Below, in pieces: positions 21,037-31,184 of a stretch of DNA of 64,000 nt. The DNA comes from Polyangiales bacterium (GTDB lineage: Bacteria > Myxococcota_A > Polyangia > Polyangiales > Houyiibacteriaceae). The number at the start of each line of letters is the position of its first letter. Position 1 is the first letter of the stretch. Below the pieces are notes generated by a model. The model worked only from the letters and a program-made list of their open reading frames with translations. It did no database searches and was not told the origin of the DNA. The stretch is from contig JBGCFM010000149.1 in NCBI GenBank assembly GCA_045106895.1, forward strand, positions 40,899 through 104,898. The letters are read 5' to 3'. Made by a program: the position numbers and the translations under genes.

Positions 21037-21469
21037 TCGCCCGCGCATCCAAGAACGACTGGAGAAGAATCGTCGCCGCCGTGGCATCGACGACGTGCCG
21101 CTGCTTGCGGGAGGACATCCCCATCGAGCGGAGGGCCCCTTCGGCGGCGAGAGTCGACATTCGCTCGTCCCAGTAGTGCACCTCAACGCCCATCTTCGCC
21201 GACAGGGCCGTGCCGAAGCGACGGACGCGCTTCGATGCCGTGCTCTCCCGGCCATCAAGCCGGAGCGGCAGCCCCATCACGATATCTACCACCACATTCC
21301 CTTCTTCGAGTGTCCGTTCGAGGTGCGCGGTGAGGTCTACGGCGGTTTTCTCGTCATTCCCTGTTCTTTCGAACACGCCAAGGGGGAGCGCGACTGTGCC
21401 CGCCGCGTCATCGCTCAAGGCGAGGCCGACTCGCTTCCTACCGGGGTCGACGCCAAGGATCCGAGACAC
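21029..21469 (-). CDS. ruvX: YqgF/RuvX RNase H-fold nuclease
   Basis: ILGVDPGRKRVGLA, GLP, WDERMST, VDATAA..LLQ. Confidence 0.93.
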   Translation of the reverse strand: MSRILGVDPGRKRVGLALSDDAAGTVALPLGVFERTGNDEKTAVDLTAHLERTLEEGNVVVDIVMGLPLRLDGRESTASKRVRRFGTALSAKMGVEVHYWDERMSTLAAEGALRSMGMSSRKQRHVVDATAATILLQSFLDARANG

Positions 21470-21556
21470 GCCCTGCTCTACCCCGGAATCTCTGCGGCGC
21501 CAAGAGCTTGCTCAGAACGTGACAGACCGCAATCGCACATCGGGGTAAGGTGTCAC

Positions 21557-24500
21557 ATGGCCTATTCCCACGCGCGGACTTTCCTGGCGCTCACCTCGCT
21601 CCTTTTCATCGTCGCTTGTGACGGCTGTGACGACACCAACCCGTCCGGTGACGCGGGTTCAGACGCCGGACCGGACGCGGTGGTGGTCACCGACGACGTA
21701 GGGGTGGATGCAGAATCTGATGCGGGGCCGCCCCCTCCGCCGCCCCCAGCGCCTTTCACCGAGGTGGAGCTCGACGGCCAGTTCCGCATCCCTGAGCTGA
21801 CGGCGGCGGCCCACGTCGTGCGCACCGAGCAATTCGTCCCTCACGTGTACGCGGAGAATGATCTCGACGCGCGGCGCGTTCTTGGCTTCGTCATCGCGCG
21901 GGACCGGTACTTCCAGCTCGACGTCGTCGCGCGCCTCTCCCAAGGTCTCATCACAGAGCTCCTCGGAGACGTAGGCCTAGCGAGCGACATCCAGAGCCGC
22001 ATGACCGGCAGCGACGTACTCACGCAGCTCTACCTCGATGCCCTCACGGAAGAGGAAGGCGCCCAGGTCGACGCCTTCGTCGAAGGCATCAACGCATACG
22101 CCACGGCAGCACGGGCCGGCGACCTCCCGCCTCCAAGTGAGTACTCACTCGTGTTCGCCCTCATCGGCGCTCCCAGCGCCCAGTCTTTGATCCGTGACTG
22201 GACCCGTCGCGACGTCATGGCGCTCGTGGCTACGATGACCTTTCAGACGGGCTTCGAGACCAAGGGCCCGGGGCGCGCCGCGGCCCTCGCCGACATCGAC
22301 GAGCACTTCCCGAGCGCGCCGGATCGTGACTTGCGCATGGCGGGCCTCATGGATATCGTCGACCGCTGGGCTCCGCCTCGTCCCACGGCTTCCGCAGCAG
22401 GTTTCGGCGTCGATGGAACCGCCATCGCGCGACGACCCATCACTGCGCTTCGACCTCCCGGCACGCAGGCCATCCCGCCGCTCAAGGTCGAGGGTCATGC
22501 CCTTGGACGACTGCTCACCCGCCTCCAGCAGTACCGCGAGCGCCTGCATCCCCAGGACCTCGAAGGTTGGGGCTCCAACGTCTGGGCGGTCATGGGCTCG
22601 GCGACGCCCGACGGTCGCGCGCTCCTGGCAGGAGACGGTCACCTACAGCTGAGCATCCCTTCGCTCATGTGGGAGTACGGAATGGACACGGAGCTGATGG
22701 GCGACGAAGACCCCATCACCGTGGCCGGTGTCACCCTCATCGGCACACCCGGCATCGCCACTGGAACCAACGGTCGCGTCGCTTGGGGCGGAACAAACTT
22801 CGTCACAGACGTGACCGACTGGTACAGCGAAGAGCTCAAGCTGGACGACGATGGAATGCCTGTATCTTCGGTATTCCAGGGGGAAGACCGTCCCCTCAGC
22901 CGCGTCGAAGAGGTGTACGACGTGCGTGGCGTCGCGCTCCTCGAGAGCGTGGAACGGACGCTCACGCTCAGCCGCTGGACAACCTTCGATGGGCGCATGA
23001 TCACCGCCATCGAAGGGCGCGCCGCCACCGAAGACGAAGTCGTCGGCGACGGCGAAGTCTTGGTCAACGTCATGGGCGACTGGATCGTTCCCGGCGACGA
23101 AGACGGTGACGGAACGATCACCGCGATGAGCTTCTATTACGCACCCTTCGCCGGCGGCAGCCTGCTCCGCGCCGTCATGGGCTTTGAGGATGCGGACAAC
23201 GTAGAAGACTTCCGACAGGCCATGCGCAACGTCATCGGCTTTGGCCTGAACTTCGCGGCCGCCGACGGCGACGGCAACGTTCTCTACACCGGCTACCACG
23301 CGATGCCCTGCCGTACCTACTTGCCACGTGATGCGGGCACCGGTCGCTTCGAAGCGGGTGCAGATCCATCGCTCCTCATCGACGGCACGCAATACCCTGC
23401 GTGGGACATCCCCCTCGACGCCCAAGGCCGCGTCGACGAGGCCGCCGCCGCCGCCGCCGGCCCCACTGCATGCGCAGTTCCCTTCGAGGAGTGGCCACAA
23501 GCCATCAACCCGGACCGGCAGTATGTGCTCAACGCGAACAACGACCCAGGGTCTATCTCCGTCGACAACAACCCGTGGAACGACCCTTACTACCTCGGCG
23601 GGCCGTGGGACCCGGGCTACCGTGCTTCGCGCATCGAGCAGCGCATTGAAAACGCCATCGACACGGACGCTGCCACCATCGCGGAGATGCAGGCGATTCA
23701 AGGAGACCACCACAGCAACCTCGGCGAGGACTTCGCGCCTTTGCTTCTGGAAGTCATCCGCGCCGCACGAGAGGCATCCGAGGGAAGCCCCGCAGCGGGG
23801 ACTCCCGAAGCACGAATGGCTGCGCTCTACGCCGTGAGCAGCGCCGAGTTCACCGAGGTGGAGACACGCATGATGGCGTGGGGCAACGACGACTACCCAA
23901 CTCCCTCCGGCGTCGACTCCTTCTACAACACCAGCGACGAAGACTCGCGACGTCAGTCTGTCGCGACGATGATCTTCGCCGCGTGGTTCCCGCGGATGCT
24001 TCAGGGCGTGTGGAACGACGAAGGCATCAACGGCGGCGTAAGCCCCGGCGGCGCTTGGCAACTCCGCTCCCTCGCCTATCTCCTCGCCGGCCGCGGCGAT
24101 GGGAATCCGCTCTCGTTGCCTTCCTTCAATCCTGCGACGGGCGAGTCCGTTTTCTTCGATGACATTCGCACCGCCGAGGTCGAAAGCAGCCAAGAGGTGG
24201 GACTCAACGCCCTCGCCGGCGCCCTGGAGTTCCTGTCCGGCGCCCCGAACGAAGACGGCGTCAGCGGCGGCTTCGGCACCGAGGACATGAGCCAGTGGCT
24301 CTGGGGCCTGCGTCACCAAGTTCGCTTCGAATCGCTCTTGGCAGACTTCATCGACGACCCGGACCTCGCTAGCTTCTTCGCCGACTTCAATGTCACCACC
24401 GACCGAATGCCCTTGGCGCCGGACCTCTCCGAAGACGATCCACGCGCAGCGCTGGTGTGGTTCCCCCGTCCCGGCGACCAATACGACATCGATGCGGCAA

Positions 24501-24745
24501 ACCCAGGCTTCAGCGGCACTCGCTTCACGCATGGAAACGGCCCGGTGATGCGCACCGTCGTCGCCCTCGGTCCTGACAATGTCGAGGGCCACACCACCAT
24601 CCCGGGCGGGCAAAGCGGACGCCCAGAATCCGAGCACTTCAGCGACCGCGCCCGAGACTGGCTCGCCAACGAGACCGTGCCGCTGCGCTTCAGCCCAGAC
24701 CAGGTGTCCGAAGGTGCCGTCACCCGCGAGGTCTTCACCCCCTAG
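21557..24745 (+). CDS. Penicillin acylase family (Ntn hydrolase) lipoprotein
   Basis: Lipobox IVAC; VPHVYA, RDRYFQ, catalytic GSNVW, NANN, PGGQSG. Confidence 0.88.
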   Translation: MAYSHARTFLALTSLLFIVACDGCDDTNPSGDAGSDAGPDAVVVTDDVGVDAESDAGPPPPPPPAPFTEVELDGQFRIPELTAAAHVVRTEQFVPHVYAENDLDARRVLGFVIARDRYFQLDVVARLSQGLITELLGDVGLASDIQSRMTGSDVLTQLYLDALTEEEGAQVDAFVEGINAYATAARAGDLPPPSEYSLVFALIGAPSAQSLIRDWTRRDVMALVATMTFQTGFETKGPGRAAALADIDEHFPSAPDRDLRMAGLMDIVDRWAPPRPTASAAGFGVDGTAIARRPITALRPPGTQAIPPLKVEGHALGRLLTRLQQYRERLHPQDLEGWGSNVWAVMGSATPDGRALLAGDGHLQLSIPSLMWEYGMDTELMGDEDPITVAGVTLIGTPGIATGTNGRVAWGGTNFVTDVTDWYSEELKLDDDGMPVSSVFQGEDRPLSRVEEVYDVRGVALLESVERTLTLSRWTTFDGRMITAIEGRAATEDEVVGDGEVLVNVMGDWIVPGDEDGDGTITAMSFYYAPFAGGSLLRAVMGFEDADNVEDFRQAMRNVIGFGLNFAAADGDGNVLYTGYHAMPCRTYLPRDAGTGRFEAGADPSLLIDGTQYPAWDIPLDAQGRVDEAAAAAAGPTACAVPFEEWPQAINPDRQYVLNANNDPGSISVDNNPWNDPYYLGGPWDPGYRASRIEQRIENAIDTDAATIAEMQAIQGDHHSNLGEDFAPLLLEVIRAAREASEGSPAAGTPEARMAALYAVSSAEFTEVETRMMAWGNDDYPTPSGVDSFYNTSDEDSRRQSVATMIFAAWFPRMLQGVWNDEGINGGVSPGGAWQLRSLAYLLAGRGDGNPLSLPSFNPATGESVFFDDIRTAEVESSQEVGLNALAGALEFLSGAPNEDGVSGGFGTEDMSQWLWGLRHQVRFESLLADFIDDPDLASFFADFNVTTDRMPLAPDLSEDDPRAALVWFPRPGDQYDIDAANPGFSGTRFTHGNGPVMRTVVALGPDNVEGHTTIPGGQSGRPESEHFSDRARDWLANETVPLRFSPDQVSEGAVTREVFTP

Positions 24746-24766
24746 ACCGACGGCACACCAGGGCGC

Positions 24767-26086
24767 TCAGAACGACATTGGGGCGCGGTCTTCGCCTGCC
24801 CCCGCGGCGCTCGCCGGAATGGGCGCCCTCGGCGCTTTTGCCGCTGGAGCAGGCCCATCCTCGTCCTTCTTTCCCCACACCGTGCTTCCCGTGAGCTGCA
24901 TCATGACAAAGAGCGTCGCGATCGCGCCGATGGTCACCGTCAAGCCCGTGAAGCCCTCGAGGAAGAACGACGCGGAGAAGAGGACCAAGTAGAGGAACTG
25001 GGCGCCGCCCATCACCCGGATCGCAAAGCGTAGGCCCACGAAATGGCGCGCATAGCTAACCGTGAGAAACAGGCTGACCAGCGATGCGATGCCAAAGGAC
25101 GGGACCACCGGCACGTGATCCACGAGGTACCCGAAGAGCAGGTGGAAGGCGAAGAACGAGCACCCGAAGAAGAAGAAATGCATCGGATGCAGCTCTCGAA
25201 AACGGGCGCGGGCGACGAGGGCGACGACGAAGAAGAAGAAAAGAAGCGAGATCGGCGCGAAGAACGTGATCTTGCCTGCGAGGGGTCCGGGGTTGAGACG
25301 TTGAGGCATCACCACGTGAATCGCGTCGTTTGAGATCAGGTGGTCGAAACGCCACTCGCCCTCCCAGCCGCCTGCGACGGAGCCGTGGTCCGTCGGTGAA
25401 AGTGACCCCGAGCCAAAGTCGATGTCGCTCTCATTGACGTGCATCGCCAGACGAAAGTTCTCGACTTCGCTGGTGCCCGTCATGAGCTGATACGTCCAGC
25501 TCGTGACGCCACGCGTGCGATAGGCGATGCGAAAGCGCAATGACTCGGCGCCGTCCACCTCGGCGGACCAACGGGCGACCCCGTCCCGGGTCTCCACGCG
25601 AACCGGCTCGCCATCTCGCGTCACGACGAAGCCGTCGAAGCTGTCGCCGGCTTGCGAGAGGGGAAACTCAAACTCTACCGTGCCGCGGTCCGGCGCTTCG
25701 TGAAGCCACTCGTACTCGCCGAGGAAGCTCAAGTCGTAGGCCGGGAACCACTGCAGCCCTTTCTGTCGATGCTGCAGGTCGAGTTCAACGCTCACCTGGG
25801 TTCCAACAAGACGAAGTGACTCGGGGCGTGGCGGTGGGCTTTCAGTCGGCACCATTGGGCTGGCACGCGTGAACCCGGGAGCGAGAAATTCGACAGTCTC
25901 CGATGGCGCGTCGGTGCGCTGCGCCGTTGGAAAACGTTGAGTCGCTTCAGGTCCCCAGAGCCCCTCAAGCTCGTAGCTGTTCGCAGACCAGCTCTCATCC
26001 GTGCGAACAGTGAGGCTCGTGCCAAGAACCATCCAACAGAACGCGCAGCCGAGCCACACGACGCCAATACCCACTAGGTGTTTCAT
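24767..26086 (-). CDS. CreD-like inner membrane protein
   Basis: N-terminal TM, periplasmic domain, six C-terminal TMs with LHPMH and FHLL..YL. Confidence 0.6.
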   Translation of the reverse strand: MKHLVGIGVVWLGCAFCWMVLGTSLTVRTDESWSANSYELEGLWGPEATQRFPTAQRTDAPSETVEFLAPGFTRASPMVPTESPPPRPESLRLVGTQVSVELDLQHRQKGLQWFPAYDLSFLGEYEWLHEAPDRGTVEFEFPLSQAGDSFDGFVVTRDGEPVRVETRDGVARWSAEVDGAESLRFRIAYRTRGVTSWTYQLMTGTSEVENFRLAMHVNESDIDFGSGSLSPTDHGSVAGGWEGEWRFDHLISNDAIHVVMPQRLNPGPLAGKITFFAPISLLFFFFVVALVARARFRELHPMHFFFFGCSFFAFHLLFGYLVDHVPVVPSFGIASLVSLFLTVSYARHFVGLRFAIRVMGGAQFLYLVLFSASFFLEGFTGLTVTIGAIATLFVMMQLTGSTVWGKKDEDGPAPAAKAPRAPIPASAAGAGEDRAPMSF

Positions 26087-26211
26087 GTCTAACGGTTTGG
26101 CAGCCGAGCAAGGCGCCCCCACCGCGCCTTCGAGGAGAGACGATGGCAAGATGTGGCATTTCTGTGGCGTGCGACCCAAAGCGCTCCGCCGAGCCTGCTA
26201 CGCTCCATTCG

Positions 26212-27186
26212 ATGAAAGTCCTTTGCGGCGATATTGGGGGCACGAGCACCCGCCTTGCCCTGGTTGAGTGGAACGATGGCGCCCCGCGCTTGCTCAAACA
26301 GAACACGTATAGCAGCGCCGACTACGACGCCCTCGACGGCGCCCTCGACGCGTTCGTGGGAGACGATGATCCAGGCCTCGGCGGAGCAGGCTTCGGCGTC
26401 GCCGGTCCCGTCATCCATGGTCGTGTGGAGACGACGAACCTGCCTTGGGTCGTGGATGCGTCCGCCCTCGCGACGCGCTTTGGGCTCCGCTCCGTGTCTC
26501 TGGTCAACGACCTCGCCGCGTTAGCGTACGGCGTCGACCTGGTGAAACCACACTGGAAGACGGTGCAAGCACCAAGTGGCGAGGCGCACTCATCGTCTCG
26601 AGTATTCGTCGGCGCCGGCACGGGACTCGGGGTTGCGTACGAGGCTCACGGAGAGGTGCACGCCAGCGAAGGCGGTCACGTTGGGTTCAGCCCTCGAGAC
26701 GACGACGAGGTGGAATTGTGGCGACGAGCGACGCAACGATTTGGTCGCGCATCGGCCGAGCGCCTCGTCAGCGGGGGCGGTCTTCCGCTCATCTTTGAGC
26801 ACTACGCCGACGTCTGCGGCACAACGGCATCGCTACGGGAAGAGGTGAAGGAGCGTGGGGGCCCTGCGATAAGCGAAGCCGCGGGCGCCGGCGACGAAGC
26901 GGCGCGCAAGACACTCGCGAAGTTCGTTTCCCTCTTTGGCAGCGCAAGCGGCGACCTCGCCCTCGTGTTCCGGCCAAGCACGCTCTTCATCGCGGGCGGC
27001 CTCGCGCTCAAACTTGCGGACGGCATGCCAGAGTTCAACGAGATCTTCCTGGGCGCCTTCCACAACAAAGGCCGCATGCGACAGCTCAACGAGGGTGTCG
27101 GTGTTCACGTCGTCGCGGACGAAAGCGCCGCGCTTTTGGGGGCAGCGTCCTCCGCGATGCGCTGCGCCATGAGCGGAAGCAAGTAG
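26212..27186 (+). CDS. glk: Glucokinase
   Basis: GDIGGT, VAGPV, TNLPW, VND, GTGLG, SEGGH. Confidence 0.93.
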   Translation: MKVLCGDIGGTSTRLALVEWNDGAPRLLKQNTYSSADYDALDGALDAFVGDDDPGLGGAGFGVAGPVIHGRVETTNLPWVVDASALATRFGLRSVSLVNDLAALAYGVDLVKPHWKTVQAPSGEAHSSSRVFVGAGTGLGVAYEAHGEVHASEGGHVGFSPRDDDEVELWRRATQRFGRASAERLVSGGGLPLIFEHYADVCGTTASLREEVKERGGPAISEAAGAGDEAARKTLAKFVSLFGSASGDLALVFRPSTLFIAGGLALKLADGMPEFNEIFLGAFHNKGRMRQLNEGVGVHVVADESAALLGAASSAMRCAMSGSK

Positions 27187-28508
27187 GGCATCCCAATCTG
27201 CAAGGTGTCGAGGTCCGGGTCGATCTGCCCAACGAGCCAGAACATGAGCACGCTGGCGCGCTCCACGTAGAACCAGCCGTCCGGGTAGTTCACGGACTTC
27301 ATCAGCTCTCGCAGCTCTCGGCGCTCCATTTCCGGGTCCGCGAGCTCTTCGAGCTCCTGCTGGGTTGCCCGCATGAGCGCGCCGGCCGTTCGTTCGACCT
27401 TGAGGAGCTTCCGGAAGTACGTCTTGACGGTCTGCTCCAGGAGCGCGCGGTCGCCATCCGGCGCCATGAAACCGATGTCCTCGATGCCGGAAAGAACGAG
27501 GTCGTCGCGCCCCTCGAAGAACCCCCGAAGCACATCGAGGAGGCCGAGGATCATCTTCTCTTCGACCTCGCAGATGGCGCCAAAGTCCAAGATGACGAGT
27601 TCATTGTTCTCGCGAACCAAGAAGTTCCCCGGATGCGGGTCCGCATGAAAGAAACGGTGCATGAAGAGTTGCTCGTAGAAGCTCTCGACAAGTCGAACGG
27701 CGACCTTGCGGCGCTCGATTCCCAGCGACGCGTAGCGGTCGAAGCGCGTGATCTTCTCGCCCTCCATGAAGGTCATGGTGAGCACGTCTTTTCCGCTCAG
27801 GTGCTCGATGACTTCCGGGAACGCGACGCCCTCGCGTCCTTCAAAGTTCGCGGCCATGCGTCCCATGCACTCCGCTTCGTGCACATAGTCCGTCTCGCGT
27901 CGCAACAGGTCCACCAGCGCTTCATGGACACGCTCGATGCCCTGAATCGGTACAAAGCGTTTGTACACTCGCATGGACAAACCCACGACCCGCATGTCGA
28001 CACGAATCTCGCGGCGAATACCCGGGTAGATCATCTTGACCGCGTACTTCTCTCCCTTGTGACCGCGCGCAACATGGACTTGTCCGAGAGAGGCAGCGGC
28101 GACGGGCTTGCGCTCAAACGAAGCGAAGAGGTCGTCGGGGTCCGCATTCAGGGTGTTTCGAAAGAGCGGCAGAAACTCATCGAAGGGCCGAGGCGGGACA
28201 GCGTCCTGAAGCGACTCGAGCTCCTTCGCGTACGCCACGGGCAGGAAGCCGCCCATGATGGAGAGCACCTGACCCATTTTGATGTACACGCCTCGAAGCT
28301 CGAGGATTCCTCTAAGCAAGCGCTTCGCCTGGTGGGCGTCGACACGTTCTTTTCGCGCCCGAATCCACGGGGGGTCGTGGGGAATCAATTTTCCTTCGGC
28401 GTCCGACTGCCAAAGACGGAAGACCTTTGCGAGCAAAAAGTGCCAACTATAGGCCACAAATATGGACCCAAAGAGCCAAGAGGCTCGGATGAAGCGAATG
28501 GCAAGCAC
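27105..28508 (-). CDS. ABC1/UbiB (AarF) family atypical kinase
   Basis: YIKMGQ, AAASLGQVH, AVK, HADPHPGN, LDFG. Confidence 0.92.
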   Translation of the reverse strand: MLAIRFIRASWLFGSIFVAYSWHFLLAKVFRLWQSDAEGKLIPHDPPWIRARKERVDAHQAKRLLRGILELRGVYIKMGQVLSIMGGFLPVAYAKELESLQDAVPPRPFDEFLPLFRNTLNADPDDLFASFERKPVAAASLGQVHVARGHKGEKYAVKMIYPGIRREIRVDMRVVGLSMRVYKRFVPIQGIERVHEALVDLLRRETDYVHEAECMGRMAANFEGREGVAFPEVIEHLSGKDVLTMTFMEGEKITRFDRYASLGIERRKVAVRLVESFYEQLFMHRFFHADPHPGNFLVRENNELVILDFGAICEVEEKMILGLLDVLRGFFEGRDDLVLSGIEDIGFMAPDGDRALLEQTVKTYFRKLLKVERTAGALMRATQQELEELADPEMERRELRELMKSVNYPDGWFYVERASVLMFWLVGQIDPDLDTLQIGMPYLLPLMAQRIAEDAAPKSAALSSATT

Positions 28509-28574
28509 CGGACTGGGGGGAGCATAGCGTCACAGCACTGTCGCGCCCAGGGGCCCGTTTGCTATCGTCCGCCC

Positions 28575-29864
28575 ATGTCCGCCGATCTGGTCGCCACCAA
28601 GCGAGAGGCTCTCAACGCAGCACTGCATGCGAAGGAGTTTGATGTTGCACTCGGGCTCTACGATGAGCTCGATGTTCTCGAAGAGACGGAGCCTCGTTGG
28701 CCGCACAGGAAAGGGGACCTGTACCGACGTATCGGCCACGACGCGGCCGCCTGCACCGCCTACACCATCGCCGTCGAGCGGTACTCGGCCCTTGGTTTCG
28801 TTGCCCGTGCCGCCGCCCTCGCGAAGCTCATCGTCCGGCTGGATCCAGCACGGGAGGCCGTGCTCGATCGAGTGGACGTCGAGCCTGCGAAGGCAATCCA
28901 TCGACAGGAGCGCGGAGAGCGCGCGCCACTGAAAGAACGTGCGCTCCCCCTTGTTCCGACGGATAGCGCCGACGACGAGGTTCGTTTCGCGGACGTCGCT
29001 GACTCCGTCGAACTCGACCTGCGTGGCCTAGGCCTCAGCGACCCGCCACCGCCCATGGCTCCCTCCATCGCCGACGACCCTCACGACGTCGGAAAAGAGC
29101 CTCGGCGACGAAAGTCAGAAGACCTGGCGCGACTCCCCGCGATGCCCCTCTTCGCCGAGATCCCCGCCGAAGCCGTGTCCCGACTTCTCATCGAGTGCAC
29201 CCTCGTTGAGCTGCAAGAAGATGACCTGCTCATCCGCATCGATGAGCCCGCCGACGCCCTCTACATTATCTGCGAAGGAGAGGCCCAGGTCCTGGCAAGG
29301 TTTCGTGACCAACCTGTGCGCATTCAAGAAGGCGACGTCGTCGGCACCAGCTGTCTCCTCGACGACGTGACACGGCGCGCCGACGTCTGCGCCATGACGC
29401 CGCTGACGGCGCTTCGCATCTCGAAGTCGACGCTCGATGAGACCGTCAAAGCACACCCGGAGGTCGGCCACGTCCTCGAAGAGCTTCTCAGCCGTCGCCT
29501 CGTCGCCAACTTCCTCCAGACATCCCCGATGTTTGCAGCCTTCGACGCCGAGTCACGGCAACAGCTCTCTCGCCTCTTTGAGCTTCGCAGCGCCAGCTTT
29601 GGCACTCAGCTCCTTGAAAAAGGAAAGCGCAGCGACGGCGTGTACATCGTCCTCATCGGCCAGCTCGCCGTCAGCGATGATCTCCTTGGCCCCGGCGGCA
29701 TCGTCGGGCAGCGCTCGCTCCTCGTGCACGAACCTTCAGAGGACACGGTGGAGTGCGTGACAGATGCCATGCTCCTCCGCTTGCCACGCGAGCGCTTTGC
29801 AGAGCTCGCTTCCCTCTACCCCCCTGTATTGGCGACGCTCACCGAGCTCATTCAGAACGAGTAA
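28575..29864 (+). CDS. TPR-like region plus two cyclic-nucleotide-binding domains
   Basis: Helical N-terminus; LYIICEG...GDVVG...RRADV and VYIVLIG...GGIVG repeats. Confidence 0.8.
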   Translation: MSADLVATKREALNAALHAKEFDVALGLYDELDVLEETEPRWPHRKGDLYRRIGHDAAACTAYTIAVERYSALGFVARAAALAKLIVRLDPAREAVLDRVDVEPAKAIHRQERGERAPLKERALPLVPTDSADDEVRFADVADSVELDLRGLGLSDPPPPMAPSIADDPHDVGKEPRRRKSEDLARLPAMPLFAEIPAEAVSRLLIECTLVELQEDDLLIRIDEPADALYIICEGEAQVLARFRDQPVRIQEGDVVGTSCLLDDVTRRADVCAMTPLTALRISKSTLDETVKAHPEVGHVLEELLSRRLVANFLQTSPMFAAFDAESRQQLSRLFELRSASFGTQLLEKGKRSDGVYIVLIGQLAVSDDLLGPGGIVGQRSLLVHEPSEDTVECVTDAMLLRLPRERFAELASLYPPVLATLTELIQNE

Positions 29865-29870
29865 ACGCGC

Positions 29871-30227
29871 TCAAAACCGATACGCGAAGCGCGAGGTCAC
29901 TGGCGATTGCTCTTCGCCGCTCAGAACAACCTCAACGGTGTCGCCGTCCACCCACGCCACCTGAACATTGCTGGCCCGAAGGTTCGCTCCGTCGTTGTGC
30001 AGCCGGGTGCACAAGAGCTCTTGTTCTTCGTCTCGCGCCACGTTTCGCGAGAAGAGACAGATCTCCTGACTCCCAAAGCCGAACGCCTCGCCGGCGTAGA
30101 CGAGAAGTTGATGAGACTCGTCTGGCGAGACGTGGGTCGCGAAGAGTGTTCGCGGCGGAGACTCACAACCGATAGTCAGGGCGAGTATCAAGAGGAACGA
30201 CGAGGCAATTCGACCCAAACAGTTCAT
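29871..30227 (-). CDS. Hypothetical lipoprotein
   Basis: Hydrophobic signal ending TIGC. Confidence 0.6.
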   Translation of the reverse strand: MNCLGRIASSFLLILALTIGCESPPRTLFATHVSPDESHQLLVYAGEAFGFGSQEICLFSRNVARDEEQELLCTRLHNDGANLRASNVQVAWVDGDTVEVVLSGEEQSPVTSRFAYRF

Positions 30228-30327
30228 CGAACAAGTCTCCCATGAAGTTCCAGCGATTCCGTGACGAAGCCAAGGGGTCCTCATGACCCGAGTTCATCGG
30301 ACATCGGAGCCCTCCGGCTACGCCGAC

Positions 30328-30597
30328 TTAGAGTGCTTCGCCAGCGAGAAGCCGAGTCAGCTTGCGCCGGTTGTGTTTCGTAAACGTTCGAAGCGACACC
30401 TCGAGAGCGAAGTGCTCGCCCACTTTTCGCGAGCCGAGACTCTTTGCATCGATGCTCATGCCGGCGACCTCCACCTTGAGCGGCGTCCCCGGCGCGAAAG
30501 GTTCATCGAGGGTCAGGCGAAGCCGGTCTTTGACGTGCTCGTGGAGCAAACCGGCCGCCGTGCCGACTTTGACGGGAAGTGTGATGGGCTCGCTCAT
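30328..30597 (-). CDS. Small hypothetical protein, possibly PilZ-like
   Basis: ATGA overlap with smpB; beta-rich, PFAPGTPL. Confidence 0.55.
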   Translation of the reverse strand: MSEPITLPVKVGTAAGLLHEHVKDRLRLTLDEPFAPGTPLKVEVAGMSIDAKSLGSRKVGEHFALEVSLRTFTKHNRRKLTRLLAGEAL

Positions 30598-31085
30598 CGT
30601 TTGTACTGCTCCACGGCATCGCGCGCTTCTTTGAGGTCGACGGAACGTTTGATGGCCTCACGGTTGTCTTTGACCTTGCGGCCCTTCGCGAGCCCCAGCT
30701 GCACCTTCGCGTGGCCGCCTTTGAAGTAGACCTGCAGCGGTACAAGGGTGAAGCCCTTCGCCGTGAGCCGGCCTCGAATTCGCTCGATCTCGCGGCGGTG
30801 GAGCAAGAGCTTTCGCGCTCGCTTCGGCTCGTGATTGAAGTGCGGCCCTCCCTGCTCGTACGGAGCGATGTGCATCTTCTGCAGCCAAATCTCGTTTTGG
30901 TGGACTTGAGCAAAGGCCCCGTCGAGCTCACCGCGGCGGTTTCGCAGGCTCTTCACCTCCGAACCCTTGAGGACCATGCCCGCCTCAAGGCGCTCCTCGA
31001 TCTCGTACTGCATCGCAGCTTTCGGGTTTCGGCAGACGAGCATGTCCATGCCCTCAACGCCTTTTTCGACTCTCTTCTTTGCCAC
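30594..31085 (-). CDS. smpB: SsrA-binding protein
   Basis: EAGMVLKGSEVKSLR, HIAPYE, RKLLLH, GLAKGRK..D.RE. Confidence 0.96.
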   Translation of the reverse strand: MAKKRVEKGVEGMDMLVCRNPKAAMQYEIEERLEAGMVLKGSEVKSLRNRRGELDGAFAQVHQNEIWLQKMHIAPYEQGGPHFNHEPKRARKLLLHRREIERIRGRLTAKGFTLVPLQVYFKGGHAKVQLGLAKGRKVKDNREAIKRSVDLKEARDAVEQYKR

Positions 31086-31184
31086 GTCTTGGTCCTCTTC
31101 GTCGCCGCAAATGCAGGGCGAGCCGCACGGAATCGCGGGTCGCACGAAATAGCACGCGCGCGGCGGCGAGGCGAATCTGGCGCC

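Noticed and set aside
20810..21556. Long N-terminal extensions in the ORF track (20810, 27633, 19476, 3648, 31704)
   Set aside because: They overlap real opposite-strand genes or intergenic regulatory DNA; better starts with signal peptides or family N-termini lie downstream.
31160..31180. GCGGCGGCGAGGCGAAT as a fourth copy of the 60-nt element
   Set aside because: Only the central GGCGAGG matches; the ends, GTGAGC and purine tail are absent.
30230..31184. tmRNA next to smpB
   Set aside because: The intergenic gaps are too short and lack tRNA-like ends.
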